DNA of 64,000 nt from NCBI GenBank assembly GCA_964035545.1, contig OZ037773.1, forward strand, positions 3,005,751 to 3,069,750. The letters are read 5' to 3'. This document shows positions 51,471 to 64,000 of this stretch, in pieces; within the stretch, counting starts at the first letter, position 1; each line of letters begins with the position of its first letter. Position numbers and translations under genes: made by a program. The notes under the pieces are model-generated. The model ran no database searches. It was not told the origin of the DNA and was given only the letters and a program-made list of their open reading frames with translations. Source of the DNA: Bugula neritina. Taxonomy: Eukaryota > Animalia > Bryozoa.

Positions 51471-54400
51471 TCAGTAAATACTGTTGGTGATGTCAAGAGG
51501 AGCATTCATGCAGTCAGTTTCTCCTGTTCCACATATAAATAAGTTCTTATATTCTGTCATATGAAAATCTTTTCCTTCAAGGTTTCTCGAAGGGATATGG
51601 ACTACAATGTTTCAAGTGAGTATTAGTTCGGTGTGAAAGTCATCATATATGTTTAAAAGCAGTGTTAGAGCTGATACATTGACAATGTTTTGTAACAGCA
51701 CAGTTACTATAGCTAGAACTGCTAATATGAGCATCTATAATTGTTGGTAGTAACATTGCATGAACTGAAACCATACTTCAATAGGTAGTAATGCATCATT
51801 GTTTATCATCATATATGAGCGGAAGATTATATCCTATCAACAACCACTGTATGTTAAGGGTTACAGTATTTTTTTCAAAGACATTAACAATGAACTCTTT
51901 TTCACAAATACTATTTTATTTAAAATTATTTGAACGTATATAAACACAGTATTCTTGTCATTTAAAACTGTCTTTAATGTTTTAATGAGCCATTCAATGG
52001 ATAATTTAGAAATGGGAATATTGAAGTTGCAGCCTATTATTTGCTCTGTGGTTATTTTTGTTTTCCCAGCTCACTTACACAGTGCATCACACGGCTTTTA
52101 CGACTGTCAGGGTCGATCCTCATTTTGCCATTTCGCGATATTAGCCGCAATAAACAATATATTTTCGTGCGATAACATCGACTGTCTAGGGCGCTACTGT
52201 TGACGAATCAGAACAAAGAGAGCACATGAGTGCTGTAAACATGTACGTGTTGTTATGGTTACTAATGATGATCTGCTACGTAATTTTTGTAGTAGACAAC
52301 TCTCACAGAAATCATTAATTTGTCTTTTCCTTATTTAGCTAACAACTTTTGCCTAGAAAAGAGAGAAGGCAAGGTGGCTCAAGCGATGCTGTATTTTTTT
52401 AGAATGTTTTAGCTTAAATTCTGTTTGGTTTATCCTACTAGAATGTTACCTGCTGCAGCATCAACACTATCATTGCAAAACTATATCTACTTATAACAAA
52501 ATCTTGATGCCCATAGCAAAATTATATACTTTATTGTGGCGGATGTGCAAGAGTTTGGAGTCATCTCATCAATTACACATAGCAACAGAAGAACACAATA
52601 TAGAAATAACAGAAAGCCAAAGACGGTATACCTTTATTTTTAACCAAGAAAGAATTTTGTTAAACATTATATTGTTAAGTTCACCATAAAAAAACTGATT
52701 TTACAAGTGGTTACATCTTTTCCGAAAATAAAGGTGCCATGAAGCAGCCGAAAATGAAGTCGTCCGCTCACCAGACACCTAAAAAATAATTATGCAACAT
52801 GATATTTTCAAAATTAAACACAGATATGCAACAGTCATCACCTACATAATTTTTTATAAATTTAACAAGCTTGTTTAGTGAAAGTGTATAATACAAACAC
52901 TAATGTTGATAGCGAAAATGCCATGTTCATGCAAGATAGTAAATCAATATAAATAAGAAGTCATATCATATCTATGTTATATATGTATTCAATTCTGGTT
53001 TATGCTTTATGCCTTCAACTATGAGTGCACAACCACTAATCCTATTTCTACCAACACCATCTCTACCGCTAACAGTACTAACGTCAGAACCAAAAACAAC
53101 TTCACCACTACTACTAATAATTCTATTATTTTATTATTATTACTTCTACTACTATACTACTGCTACTGCTACTACTACTACTACTAGTGCTACTGCTACT
53201 GCTACTACTACTTCTACTACTGCTGCTGCTGCTACTACTTCTACTACTGCTACTACTGCTGCTACTACTACTACTGCTACTACTACTACTGCTACTACTA
53301 CTTTTACCACTACTAATATTGTTTCTACTACAAATACTGTAAATCTTACCAGCAGCAAGTTATATTGGAAACTGTTTGCTCATATTTTTATCATTGTATT
53401 AGTGCAATAACAAAATGTTTATATTTTAATATAGTCAAACCTTTTAAAAAGCTACGCTGCTACTTATGAACTAAGAAGTTGTGCTACCCACCTTGATATG
53501 CACTCAGCTCTAACACCAAGCAGGTGGTTATGATGCTTCTCCACAATAGCCAGGCTATCCAGCTGTCCGATTGTATGCATCTACGTAAAAATTATTGGCA
53601 TATGGTGCAAGAAATGATTAAAAACCAGATAGGTGTGCTAGAATTTATACAGCATAATATAGAGTAAGGTAAAAGAGAACAGACCGTCAAGTGGTACAGC
53701 ATAGAAACAATTACTAGCTATTATATGCTTTATAGAAGTTGGCAAATTGTAGCCCACTAGATATGAACTTTAGTTAGCATTTTATTTTGGCTTTCAGCAA
53801 CTGCTTTAATCACTGATCTTGGTAAAACCAATATGTTTACAAATTAACACCTCCACTAGATAGGTATACAGGTCAAAATATTCCAATTGGTGACATACTA
53901 AAAGAAAATGTATATTTATTCATTTTTAAAAGATTGCTAATAATTTATAAAACAGCGTCGAAATCACTAAAGTAACAGCGCAAATAAGTTTATTAAACAG
54001 CATTATAGGATTGCCTATTACTAGTTTCATGATTTCTATTATTTTACTGGTTTCAAACATAATATAGGCTGAAAAAGCAATATTAGTTCTCTCACTTTTG
54101 CTAACTACATTGCTTGGAAGGCCATCATAATTAGATTAGATCAAACAAATGTGTTGACAGGTAGACTGGAACAGGCCTAAAATTTGCAAGGTATAATTTA
54201 AATTTATCTGGCCTGAAATTGCTGAAACTGACAATACAATAATATGAGAAACGAGCAGGGTTTTTTATTAAAGCTAGCAAAAATAATTCCTCTACATATA
54301 ATTAACATACAGTCCATACATATAATATATTACTATGTCCAGGCAGCAGTGCTTGTTCTAGCCAAAAGAAAACTGATTTAATGGCTGATTTTAATGGCCA

Positions 54401-54686
54401 ACAAGAAATTTATGGCGCACAGTGGCATTGTCATATTTTTAATATTCAAAATTACAGTTCTAATCTATCAATCATTTTATCAATACTACTATACTATAAT
54501 CTACTCCTGCTGCTGCTGCTGCTGGTTCTACCACTGCTACCATACTGTTGAGTAATGCAAGCTAAGTAATTTAAATTACAATTAAAAAAATTATCGGACT
54601 TTCTTTTCTATTACCTGTCTAGTTTAGCATTTCTTTCATCATAGCTTGCCATATTAACTTGAAAATTCACAGGGTTTGAGTTAGAC
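51471..54686 (-). pseudogene. Probable multi-exon gene or pseudogene of unknown product
   Basis: Exon-like segments with AG/GT ends: about 54686-54616, 53580-53492, 52778-52715 (in phase with the previous one), 52197-52075, and terminal 51602-51471 (HIPSRNLEGKDF...NSIY*). Other candidate exons near 54.1, 53.8 and 52.3 kb contain stops or frameshifts. Confidence 0.35.
53105..53320. repeat. (CTA/CTG)n trinucleotide microsatellite
   Basis: Read directly; source of the poly-Thr and poly-Val ORFs. Confidence 0.93.
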
Positions 54687-55149
54687 CTATGGAATATACT
54701 TACAAGTAGAATGAACCCACAGTTCTGCAATATATCATAAAAACATTCAAAATAAAACTATAGGAAAACCAAGTAAATGCTTCTAAGTATTAGCGCAAGT
54801 AAAGATGCTATGCAATCTATCCAACATGCAGCCAAATGTCTCAAAATAGGCTTCAGAGTTATAAATATAAAATGTTTCCAAATCAAGGCTAGCAACACTT
54901 CTGTTGTTGTGATAGCAAATTTTGCTTAATAAAGTAAGGAAACCAGCTTCCCTTGCATGACTCAATTTCTATTAAAGAAAAATTATACTCTCCTATAATC
55001 GCTGAAACACAGGCCTGTCACAAGTACATGAATGGTAAATTTAGATGTTTTCCTAAAACCATCATCAAAACAGTAAACACACTGCAAAATATTTATTTTT
55101 ACTTTTTCTGCTCAAACATTTAAATGGGCTCTGCAGGATATGACAAATA

Positions 55150-55670
55150 CCAAAATAATTCGGCTTTGTGAACTAGCAAATATGGACAAACAAACACCCT
55201 AATATTCACGCCAAAAGAAAAGTCTACGCAGTTGGTGTTCTCAGCATTCTTCCTTGTGAATCAAAAACATGGGCAACATGTGGACTGCAAGAATCAAAGC
55301 TCAGCACTTTTCATACCTGGAGTTTAAGATGCATGTTGAGTAAAATCTGGGAAGATAAAATGATAAATGAAGATGTATTTGAAATCACAGACCCGGATTC
55401 TCTTTCTTCAAAACTGAATTTCTTCTGTCTTCACTGGGCTGGTCAACATGCCAAAGTATCTCATCCGCCGCACTCGATTGCATGCATTAATATCAAAAGG
55501 AACTCATCCAGCTAGAAGAACTTATATCTAAGGTTTGAGGATGTCCTGAAACAAGAGCTTAAGGAATTTTACATAAAATCCAATCAATTTACCACCTCTC
55601 AAATGGAGGCAAAGCATTCTTGCAGGATGGGCATTCAACACTGGAAACAATATAAAGGGAGCTATGGCTA
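55150..55670 (+). mobile_element. Degenerate RTE-type LINE 3' fragment
   Basis: KVYAVGVLSILPCESKTWAT...KLSTFHTWSLRCMLSKIWEDKMINEDVF...CLHWAGQ matches the post-RT region of RTE elements. Confidence 0.7.
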
Positions 55671-57089
55671 GATGTTCAAGACATGAATGCTAAGGGTGTC
55701 ATGTATATGATCACTGAGATATTTATGACAATCTCTCAATATACCTTAGCATATTAAATATGCTTGTAGTTATAGCTATTACTATAGTTGTTATATATGC
55801 TACTAACTAACAAGCAATAACCGTATTACAAACATAGGTGAATAAGAAAAATAATTCAACAGTGGTGATATCAGTATAGGTATTATAATTTAGCAATTGG
55901 CATACAAATTAAAAATGATGAATATAATGATGGTTAAAGTTATTAGATACCTAAACTTATACCTATATTAATTAAAACAGTGACTTGTTGAAAAATAAAT
56001 AAATTAATATTCATTAAAACTTTATTAAATTAAAAGATAATGTTGAAGTAAAATGAACAGTTAAAATTAATTTATTCACAATAATTTTAACTTTTTATGA
56101 TCAACCTTAAAATAAAAACTCAAGTATTTGTAGCAAAGTTTTGAATAAAGTTGGATTTTGCAACGGTTTGAGATACTTTCACTAGCACTATGTGCATAAC
56201 TGTATAAGTTTTATCATATTAATACAGTTACATACTCATACTCAAATATATAGTAACATTTTCAATAAATCAGGTATTGGTATTGAGATTGCGTTGGTCG
56301 AGATAACATCATGGTTACTCACTTATGGTTGTATACTTTAGCTTATACTTTTAGTTACATGTACTACTGCCCTATTATTAAACTTAATCTTAGTCTGTCA
56401 TCACTTAGAAAACATAGTTCAGTCTTGAGGCAAATCAGTTTGAGTGTCGTTAGTTTCATTACCACTAATCATTAGATTTAGTCAGTGTACTTAAAATTTA
56501 TTGATCAATATTACCATCAAATTTAAGTGACTATTATTATGAATACTATATCTATCAAATATCAAAAACTGCAAGCTTAATAAGTATGATTAAGAAAATC
56601 ACAGCCAACATGGCGATGATTGAATTGTATGCTCGTGCTATTGAGATTCCTAACATAAAGGTTAACCTTACATAATGATTAGATAACAATCATATTCAAT
56701 TTTTCATTACTGTCATTTGTTAGGAAAAGCATCCAGTCATAATTACTCCTATGCTCCAACCAAATAATTGCTTAGCCCCATTTAACAAAAAACCTTTCCC
56801 ATCAGGGGTTTCTCACAGGGATGCCAACTATAAACTTGCACAAGTTTTATTTAATAGTAAATTAATTTACTTATATAAAAATTATTACATTCACAGTGAT
56901 ACATTGATGGTCATAATGTTTTATATATCAATATCATCATTATGATACAATTATCACTATTACTATATGATATCTTATCAATAAAATTTCATAAAGTTCA
57001 TGAAAAACATTAAATATAACAATTTAATTAAAACTAAATCACTGCCAAAGGGCAAGGTAAAGTCAAAATTAAATAAGCTATAGGGTGTA

Positions 57090-58270
57090 GGCTATAAGTG
57101 TAAGTATAATTATCACTATAAAACTAAGTGACTGATGAGTTGGTACTTGGTAGAATAAACATAAAATGAACATAAACAATCATAAACTAAAACACCATTA
57201 CATATATGATTTATGACCCTTTGGTTTCTATTTTTAATTTTAGCTTTACCTTGTCTTTTGGCATTGGTTATAGTATTAGTTTAGGTTACACCACTATCAG
57301 TTACTATGACTATGAGTATGAGTGAGTAGCCTTGCCCGTAGAACTAGGAGTAAGAGTAGATCACTAGAAGTAGAAGTATGGGTATCGGGGTGTGACTATA
57401 AGTATAACTCATAGTCATAGTATGATTATCTTACTGAAAGTGATACTCATAAACCTCAAGTGATAATCATAATGATACTCAGCATGACATGTAAGGTGTA
57501 TGATAGTCAGTCTCGGTTATACAGAGTAGAATATCAAACTTTAAGTTTAACTGCTACTTTGAAGTAGGACTTAGACATCACCATTTATGGGTATGTCATG
57601 CCGTCATAGACTATAGACATAGTATAAGGTTCTAATACTATAAGTATAACTATTACTACTATAAGTATAAGTCTTTAAGTTTAAGTATAACTATATTTAC
57701 TATTGATTAATTTCGATTTGATACTATTACTATTACTATTAGTAATACTGTATTAGTATTAGTATTACACTTTACAGTATTACTATTAGTATTAGTTGAT
57801 CCCATACTGATAGTGATACTCATACCACTACCATTATGATTATGATTAAGAGTACTACAGTGAGTTATACTCACAGCTATACTGATTACTAATTTAAGAT
57901 CACTCTAATCAGTAACTGTTATCACTAAGTATTAGTGGATTATTTATCATTTTATGATTTTATCATAGTCATAGTGAAACTGATTGAGTAATACTTATAG
58001 TTATAGCTATATTCATATTGGTAGTGATACTGATAGTGATGCTGATAGACTTAGACTTAGAGTGTGAGTCAGAGTGAGAGCGATATTCATGTTTATAAAT
58101 ATGATTATAACTAAGACTAAGAGTAAGAGCAAATGTAAAGTCTAATCGTGACATTATAACTATTACCATTAGTGCATTCGTATTACTATTAGTATTAGTA
58201 TTACTAATTATTAATCTATTTTCCAATAATAACCATGCATATGCCCTAGCCTATAACTATAAGTTTGAGC
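57090..58270. repeat. 6-bp periodic NWN-A[C/G]T tract next to the CpG-containing patch at 58270-58620
   Basis: tatgac tatgag tatgag; catact gatagt gatact catacc; gatact gatagt gatgct; attact attagt attagt. Confidence 0.8.
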
Positions 58271-61200
58271 ACGCCTATGGTATTCAAAATTGAAATTGAA
58301 TCTTTGGGTCATTTGACCAAAGGAGCCGCGGACTCAATTAGGCATTGGACCTTGGGGGCGATTCTAGTGTTCAAGTAGAACCGATATTCGGTCAAAACAG
58401 GTCTGGTCTATCATGGTGGCCAGTAATTTATCTGCGCAAATTTACTCGACTCTTGTGTTCATAATAAACTCGGCCTGACTACTCCGCAAATGGGGCGATA
58501 ATCATAAATTTCATAATAATATATTATTAGAGACTAATTTAGTATGTATACACATGTCGGTAATTACAATCTAGTTCCATTCTTCAGGAAAACCCATTAC
58601 GGATCAGGTTGGTACTATTGCTATTAGGTTGAGAATATTATTAGTAAAACAATCACAATGTGCTCATTTTTGATATAAATTATTATTACTACTAGTACAG
58701 TAGTAGTACTAGTAGTAGTAGTACTCTAGTTACTAGTACTAGTAGTAGTAGTACTAGTAGGCCCACTAGTAGTTATGGTGTCTAATACCTTGATTGAGAA
58801 CTGTGAAAATCATTAGATTTAGTGATAACAGACTACCACTGTAAGTCTGTAAGTGCTTTAGTACTAGATGTACCACAAGTATCAATGCTTTAGGTTTTTA
58901 TGGTGTTAAATACTCATTTTTTACAGTGATTGTTATTTTATTGGTACGTGTTCTGTTACTTGTGAGTATTGTTACAATTCCAAATGAATAAGCCATTTTA
59001 AGTAAATACTCTTATACGGTGTGAATATTGATATGAATTATATGTTTCACATTTACCGCTATAGTTTTATCAGTATGATATACATTTTTTTAATAATAAT
59101 GATCATAAAACATCATCATTAAAAGTGTAAAGTTTTACTCCACTTTTTGGGACCAGTTGCTGCTTCTGGTAGCATAGGTAGAGTCTTTGCTCATTTATCC
59201 TAACACACTAAGGTTTGAGTTTTATCTTTATTGCAACATCCAAAAACCTTTGCCGACCTTGTTCTTACAATCAACTATGAAACCTTGTGAGTCTATGCCT
59301 AGTAGATGCATTACTGATAAATAACTAATAATATCTGCTTGTTATATGGGGAAGAATTTTTTGCATAGTAATTTTTCTCGTGTTTGTATTTTGATTTTTC
59401 TAATGTCAATATACTTAAGAAATATCCTGGAAAGCATTTTTTGCCAGTTCATTTCTTCTCTTTATTTCTTGTTCATTTTAACCATGCAATATCAGTTATT
59501 AACTCTCCAAGGTATACTGTTTTAATTATTCGTTGCTCTGGTGTAGCATCTAGGATGGTGTTGATATTAAGTGTGGTGCAGACTTTTTGAAAATCATGGC
59601 TTTTGTTTTAAAACCTTTCTTATCCATATCACAAAGTTTTCTTGCTTGTTTACCGCAATGAGTCTTAATCTAAATAAAAAAGCAATATTTGATCAATTAA
59701 ATTTTCAATCTGAAATTGGTTTTCAAACTGCTTTTGCCATTTAGTGTTCTTTTGCTGATGCTATATTAATGTGATTTTAAAAGGGAGTTTGCTGCGTTAT
59801 TAGATGTACTTATAATATGGGTATTTAAGTTCAATGGGAATATAAATATCCTTTTCATTATTGAAATGTTCACAATGACAACTCTGTTCATATGAGCTGC
59901 TGACTACAACTTAAAAGTTATCTGTTTGGAATGATTTTTATAGACTCTTGATAATGATTGCGTATGATTTACAATACAATACTATTTACCAACTATTGTT
60001 CGATGGTCACATGTCTTGTTTTATTTTTTCATCTTTTTTGTTTTCAATATGAGCAAACAAATAAGAATTGTATGGGTACGTTAAATTATTATTTAATTTT
60101 TCAGAATATTTCAGTTGGTGACCACTGTGGAGGAATTGAATGGAAAGCTGCAAAGACGGTTTCAGGCACTTATATGTAAGGCATTGGATATGGAGAGAGG
60201 GAGATCTGTGCTTATCCTTATATAATGCAAGTAAGTTAATTAATGTATTGCTGGCTTTTATTTATATGCATATAAAGTTTGTTTAGTGACTATTTGTGCT
60301 TGAAATTATTTGCAAAATTTAATTTGTCCTCTGCTTATAAAAATCTATTCAGAACTTTTTGCCTGTAGAATCTTCAACGTTTTAATTATATTTTTTTGGA
60401 GTTTTAGAAACAATTTCTTGGTACACAATCTGTTGCTACCAATGTAAGGTGACGGTACTTCTCTTGACTTCTAAAATGCAAGCAAAGCTTGTTTCCTCTC
60501 ACGATTACTTTTTGAGTGTGATGTTCGCTAAGGCACACATTTGAACATGTCAGTTACTACACTTTAATAGATGTTTTAGTATTAGATATATTTTAGTTTT
60601 AGGTAACATGAAATATTGAAAATAATGTATGCGAATCTGGTGAATGTTTAGACTTCAACTACCCCTATGCAAATGCAGGTTTAAACCATATAATCAAACT
60701 AAAAATCAATTATTTTTCTTTATATTTGATTTCTAGTTTTTTAGGTGAGAACTTGTTTTGTTTTGTTAAAAATTGTGGTTGGAAAATATCCTTATTCACC
60801 AGGCCACAGCTGCAACATTTACACTGCATGTCATCGTGATTTATGATTGAAGGCTAAGTGCAGTGGTAGAGTGTGGCAAGGCATAGGTCTAAGTACTGAA
60901 GAGACCACGGAGCAGAAAAATATTTATATCTCAAGATGTGGCTTGATTACACAGCATATGAATTATGATGGTAACAAAATATATGCCTTTCAACTTTAAA
61001 GTTTTTTTAAGCTTGCATTAATCTTATTCAAGATAGTATCTGTCCAAGCATTTAACAGCACATTGTATAAGGTTTTGCAAATGTTATTTAACTTTGTTTA
61101 CTACTTGTTTTTTGCTATTTTCAACAACTCGAACATGCCGCCAGTTTTTGTAATTTTCAAACAAGAAATTTCACAAACTCCATCAAATTGATTCAAATAG

Positions 61201-61692
61201 ATGTTATATGCACTATGCAGTTACAAAAGAATATTTTATTAACTAATTATGAGTCATAGTGTGTTGTAAAAATCTAAAACTTAACTATGTATTATTATGT
61301 CTCGTAAGACTATTTTTCAAAAAATTCCAAAGGGTTTTATTTATATATAACTCAAAGCCTGAAAGTTTTTTTTTGTCCAAAGTTCTTATTGTGACAATTA
61401 AAAGTCGCATCATAGTTTTTATTCTGTTGAATTACTTCATCACCCTTCGAAATTATTTCTTTCACTATGATTATTATAGTTGCTACCTATGATTACCTAA
61501 TTCAACATATATTCTTATTGTTATCAATTTTTTTTCATAACTGTCTTAATTCCATTTTCAAAAACGTATTTAAAAATGATATTAGCAAGTTGAATAGTTA
61601 GTTAAATGTGGCTTCAGATGCCATACGTGCATACATTGTCACTTTTTACATAGGCAATCATTGTATTTCCTAAATTAATTATTTCTTTTTAG

Positions 61693-64000
61693 TTTAAAAT
61701 GAACTACTCGATGGCTGTTGTGGTGAAGCTGAAAAATGCTGACATAGAAGATGTAATGGAAAGACTTTGTTTTGCTTGTCCAGGTAAATCATTTGTACAA
61801 AATTAAAAGTCTATTATGATAACAGATGATCTAAAAATAAATTGCATATCTTAAGGCTTAGTGGTAATATAATATACTTTGAGCACAAATTTAAATGATT
61901 AAAAAGCCCTGCATTGCTTACCTAGTATATTATCTCTTTACACATATTAGAAAAAGAAGTCATCATAATTTTTTTACTACAGAACATAGTCAAATTATTA
62001 CATTTACTTTTACATGAATAATCAGTTTCTCAGTTTTTTTCTTTATCTTCATGAACAAGCATTAACTTTGAAGACCTAAAAATAATGCACACAATTTTGA
62101 GGTATTTTTCTTCTTAAGTGTTTAAAATGTTTGACAGTTGGAAGAATATTTGGACATGATGTCAGTATGTTTCCTAGTTTTTCATATGGTTGAACTTGAT
62201 TTTTGTCATTCTCCTATACTCCTCAAGTGTGGAGTCCTGAATGTACACTTTTACTACGCTATTGTTCAGGGTTGTTTTAATTTTACTCTGTTACTTTACT
62301 ATATTTTAATCAACAAACCCCTAATTTATATTGATGGTATTTATGGTTATATTTTAGTCAAGCTGACCTAACACTTGTTCAGTTCAGGCTCATCAATGTA
62401 TGTTTGGTTTAGAAAATTAAACTGCAATGTGAAGTATTCAGACTAGTTACTTAACTAAAAAATGCACTAAATGCAAGGAAATATTATGTTAATATTTGTT
62501 ACCATAGTTCATTTCAAACTCATACATGTGATCAACAAAATACTTCATTTTGTTTTGCAGTGTAATCAAGATGAAATTATGAATGATGAAATTATGGATG
62601 GCAGCCAATTTATTTTGACTATCAGACAAGGACTACAGTTTTTATGGTAATTTCAATTTTTGAATATATCTCTTATATTATACATAAAATGTTCACCTTC
62701 TGCTTTAATTTGCAGCCAGGTTTTACTCATGGCTGCTGTATTCAAGTCACCTCATCACACAGCCAATCTACAAGACTGTCATAAAAGTTGCTATTATATT
62801 TTTTCACCAATTAATTAAAAGAAATAGAACTTCGGCTTCACAAGTGGTGTCACTCTCATACTCATTGTTTTACTTAATTTTGCCATCCTCCTATTCTTCA
62901 CTGTATTCTTTTAGGTCGCAGTGTTCTGCACTAATCTATGATCTCTTTTGATTTTTAACCCCCATGTTTAAATGTTTTGGTCTTGCTCCCTTTTTCTGGA
63001 GTTTCACACTGATGTAGCTGATTCCCTTCTTGTTTTATTGTTCTCTGCTGCATAGGTGCCCATATTATTCCAGCCTTCTCTTTCCCACAAATATAGTTAC
63101 TGCATTTACTGCCGCCCTGTCTCAGATCCCTTCATTTCTGGGAACGAAGCAATATTCCGAAGGCCCATTGCTCCGAAGGTCCATTAGTCCGAAAATTAGT
63201 ACACACAGGCATCCTCACTGAGAATATCATTAATATCACTCACAATTCAGTTTAAGTTCTTGCTATATTATTGATCTGTGGGTGGCATGCGTGTTGCCTA
63301 TTTGTGATTGTTTAGCCTGAGATTACACTATGATCAATAAGGGCTGTATCGTTTATCAACATTCCATTATGGCTGCTCCATAAACAAAGTACACACCAAG
63401 CTATTCATTAGCCTGTCACCTCGCAAGCCTGTAATTAATAATGTACCGTACGCATAATCATGTTGATAGATGATGTAGCAAGTAGGCAACACACATGCCA
63501 CCCACAGAGCAATAACATAGCTAGAACTTAAACTGAATTGTGAGTGAAATTAATGATATTCTCATTGAGGATGCCTGTGTGTACTAATTTTCGGACTAAT
63601 GGACCTTCGGAGCAGTGGGCATTCAGAATATTGACTAGTTACCCTCATTGCTTATGTAGCACAACTCATCTCCATGAAACCTAATTGATCCTCTAGGTAC
63701 TAAGAACTAGGGGCTGTCTGCAGTCATAATTTATTGCCAAAAGACATTGTCAGTCAAATGCACATTTTATATCAGCATTTTCAATTTTGTTGGCGTCTTC
63801 TTGATGGAGCCTTACCCTATTTCTTTTTCTACCCCTGTTTTGCATACTCTGTTGCTATGTGTCACTTCAATGAAACCATCGCCTCAACTTATTTAGTTTG
63901 ACTGTTGAAATATATTTTGCTTTTACAGGTCTAAAAGAAAGTGGCCATTTGAGTTTAAGTGCAGCTTCACTATTGACAAGAACATCTACGTTAGAGAAGA
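61693..64000 (+). CDS. Partial multi-exon gene of unknown product (continues off the right edge; upstream exons near 60.1-60.8 kb unresolved)
   Basis: Four phase-consistent AG/GT exons 61693-61783, 62138-62160, 62561-62646, 63929-64000 give FKMNYSMAVVVKLKNADIEDVMERLCFACPVGRIFGHDCNQDEIMNDEIMDGSQFILTIRQGLQFLWSKRKWPFEFKCSFTIDKNIYVRE. Confidence 0.5.
63140..63643. mobile_element. MITE with about 165-bp terminal inverted repeats
   Basis: 63152-63304 is the near-exact reverse complement of 63478-63630. GGG...CCC ends; candidate 8-bp TSD TCATTTCT / TCATTGCT. Confidence 0.85.

Noticed and set aside
52715-52778. In-frame TGA suggesting a selenoprotein in one reading of this exon
   Set aside because: Another frame is open and in phase with the neighbouring exon, and no SECIS was identified.
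53002-53410. Thr-rich mucin-like and poly-Val ORFs
   Set aside because: Trinucleotide microsatellite with no splice or codon support.

Overview
AT-rich, intron-containing animal (invertebrate-like) genomic DNA; not prokaryotic, and no CRISPR, rRNA or tRNA genes were seen. The left half is a compact cluster of spliced housekeeping genes, reconstructed by hand from GT-AG boundaries and reading-phase continuity: DDX31 (minus, runs off the left edge), CIAO2B/FAM96B, tropomodulin, neudesin (minus), EXO1 and RRP15 (minus). Next comes a very young 5,076-bp Gypsy-type LTR element (33440-38515) with 343-bp LTRs differing at one visible base, an ATAT target duplication and a tRNA-Leu primer site. It keeps gag, protease and the integrase Zn-binding domain, has lost RT, RNase H and the integrase core, and carries an intact extra zinc-finger/coiled-coil ORF where env would sit. 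The right half holds RTE-LINE and Penelope remnants, several MITEs, a secreted protein with a C-terminal PAN/apple domain, and two poorly resolved multi-exon genes. The most striking unexplained signal is a set of 0.2-1.2 kb tracts with a strand-symmetric 6-bp periodicity (consensus NWN-A[C/G]T) lying next to nearly every inferred promoter. Protein identities come from recalled family motifs, not database searches.
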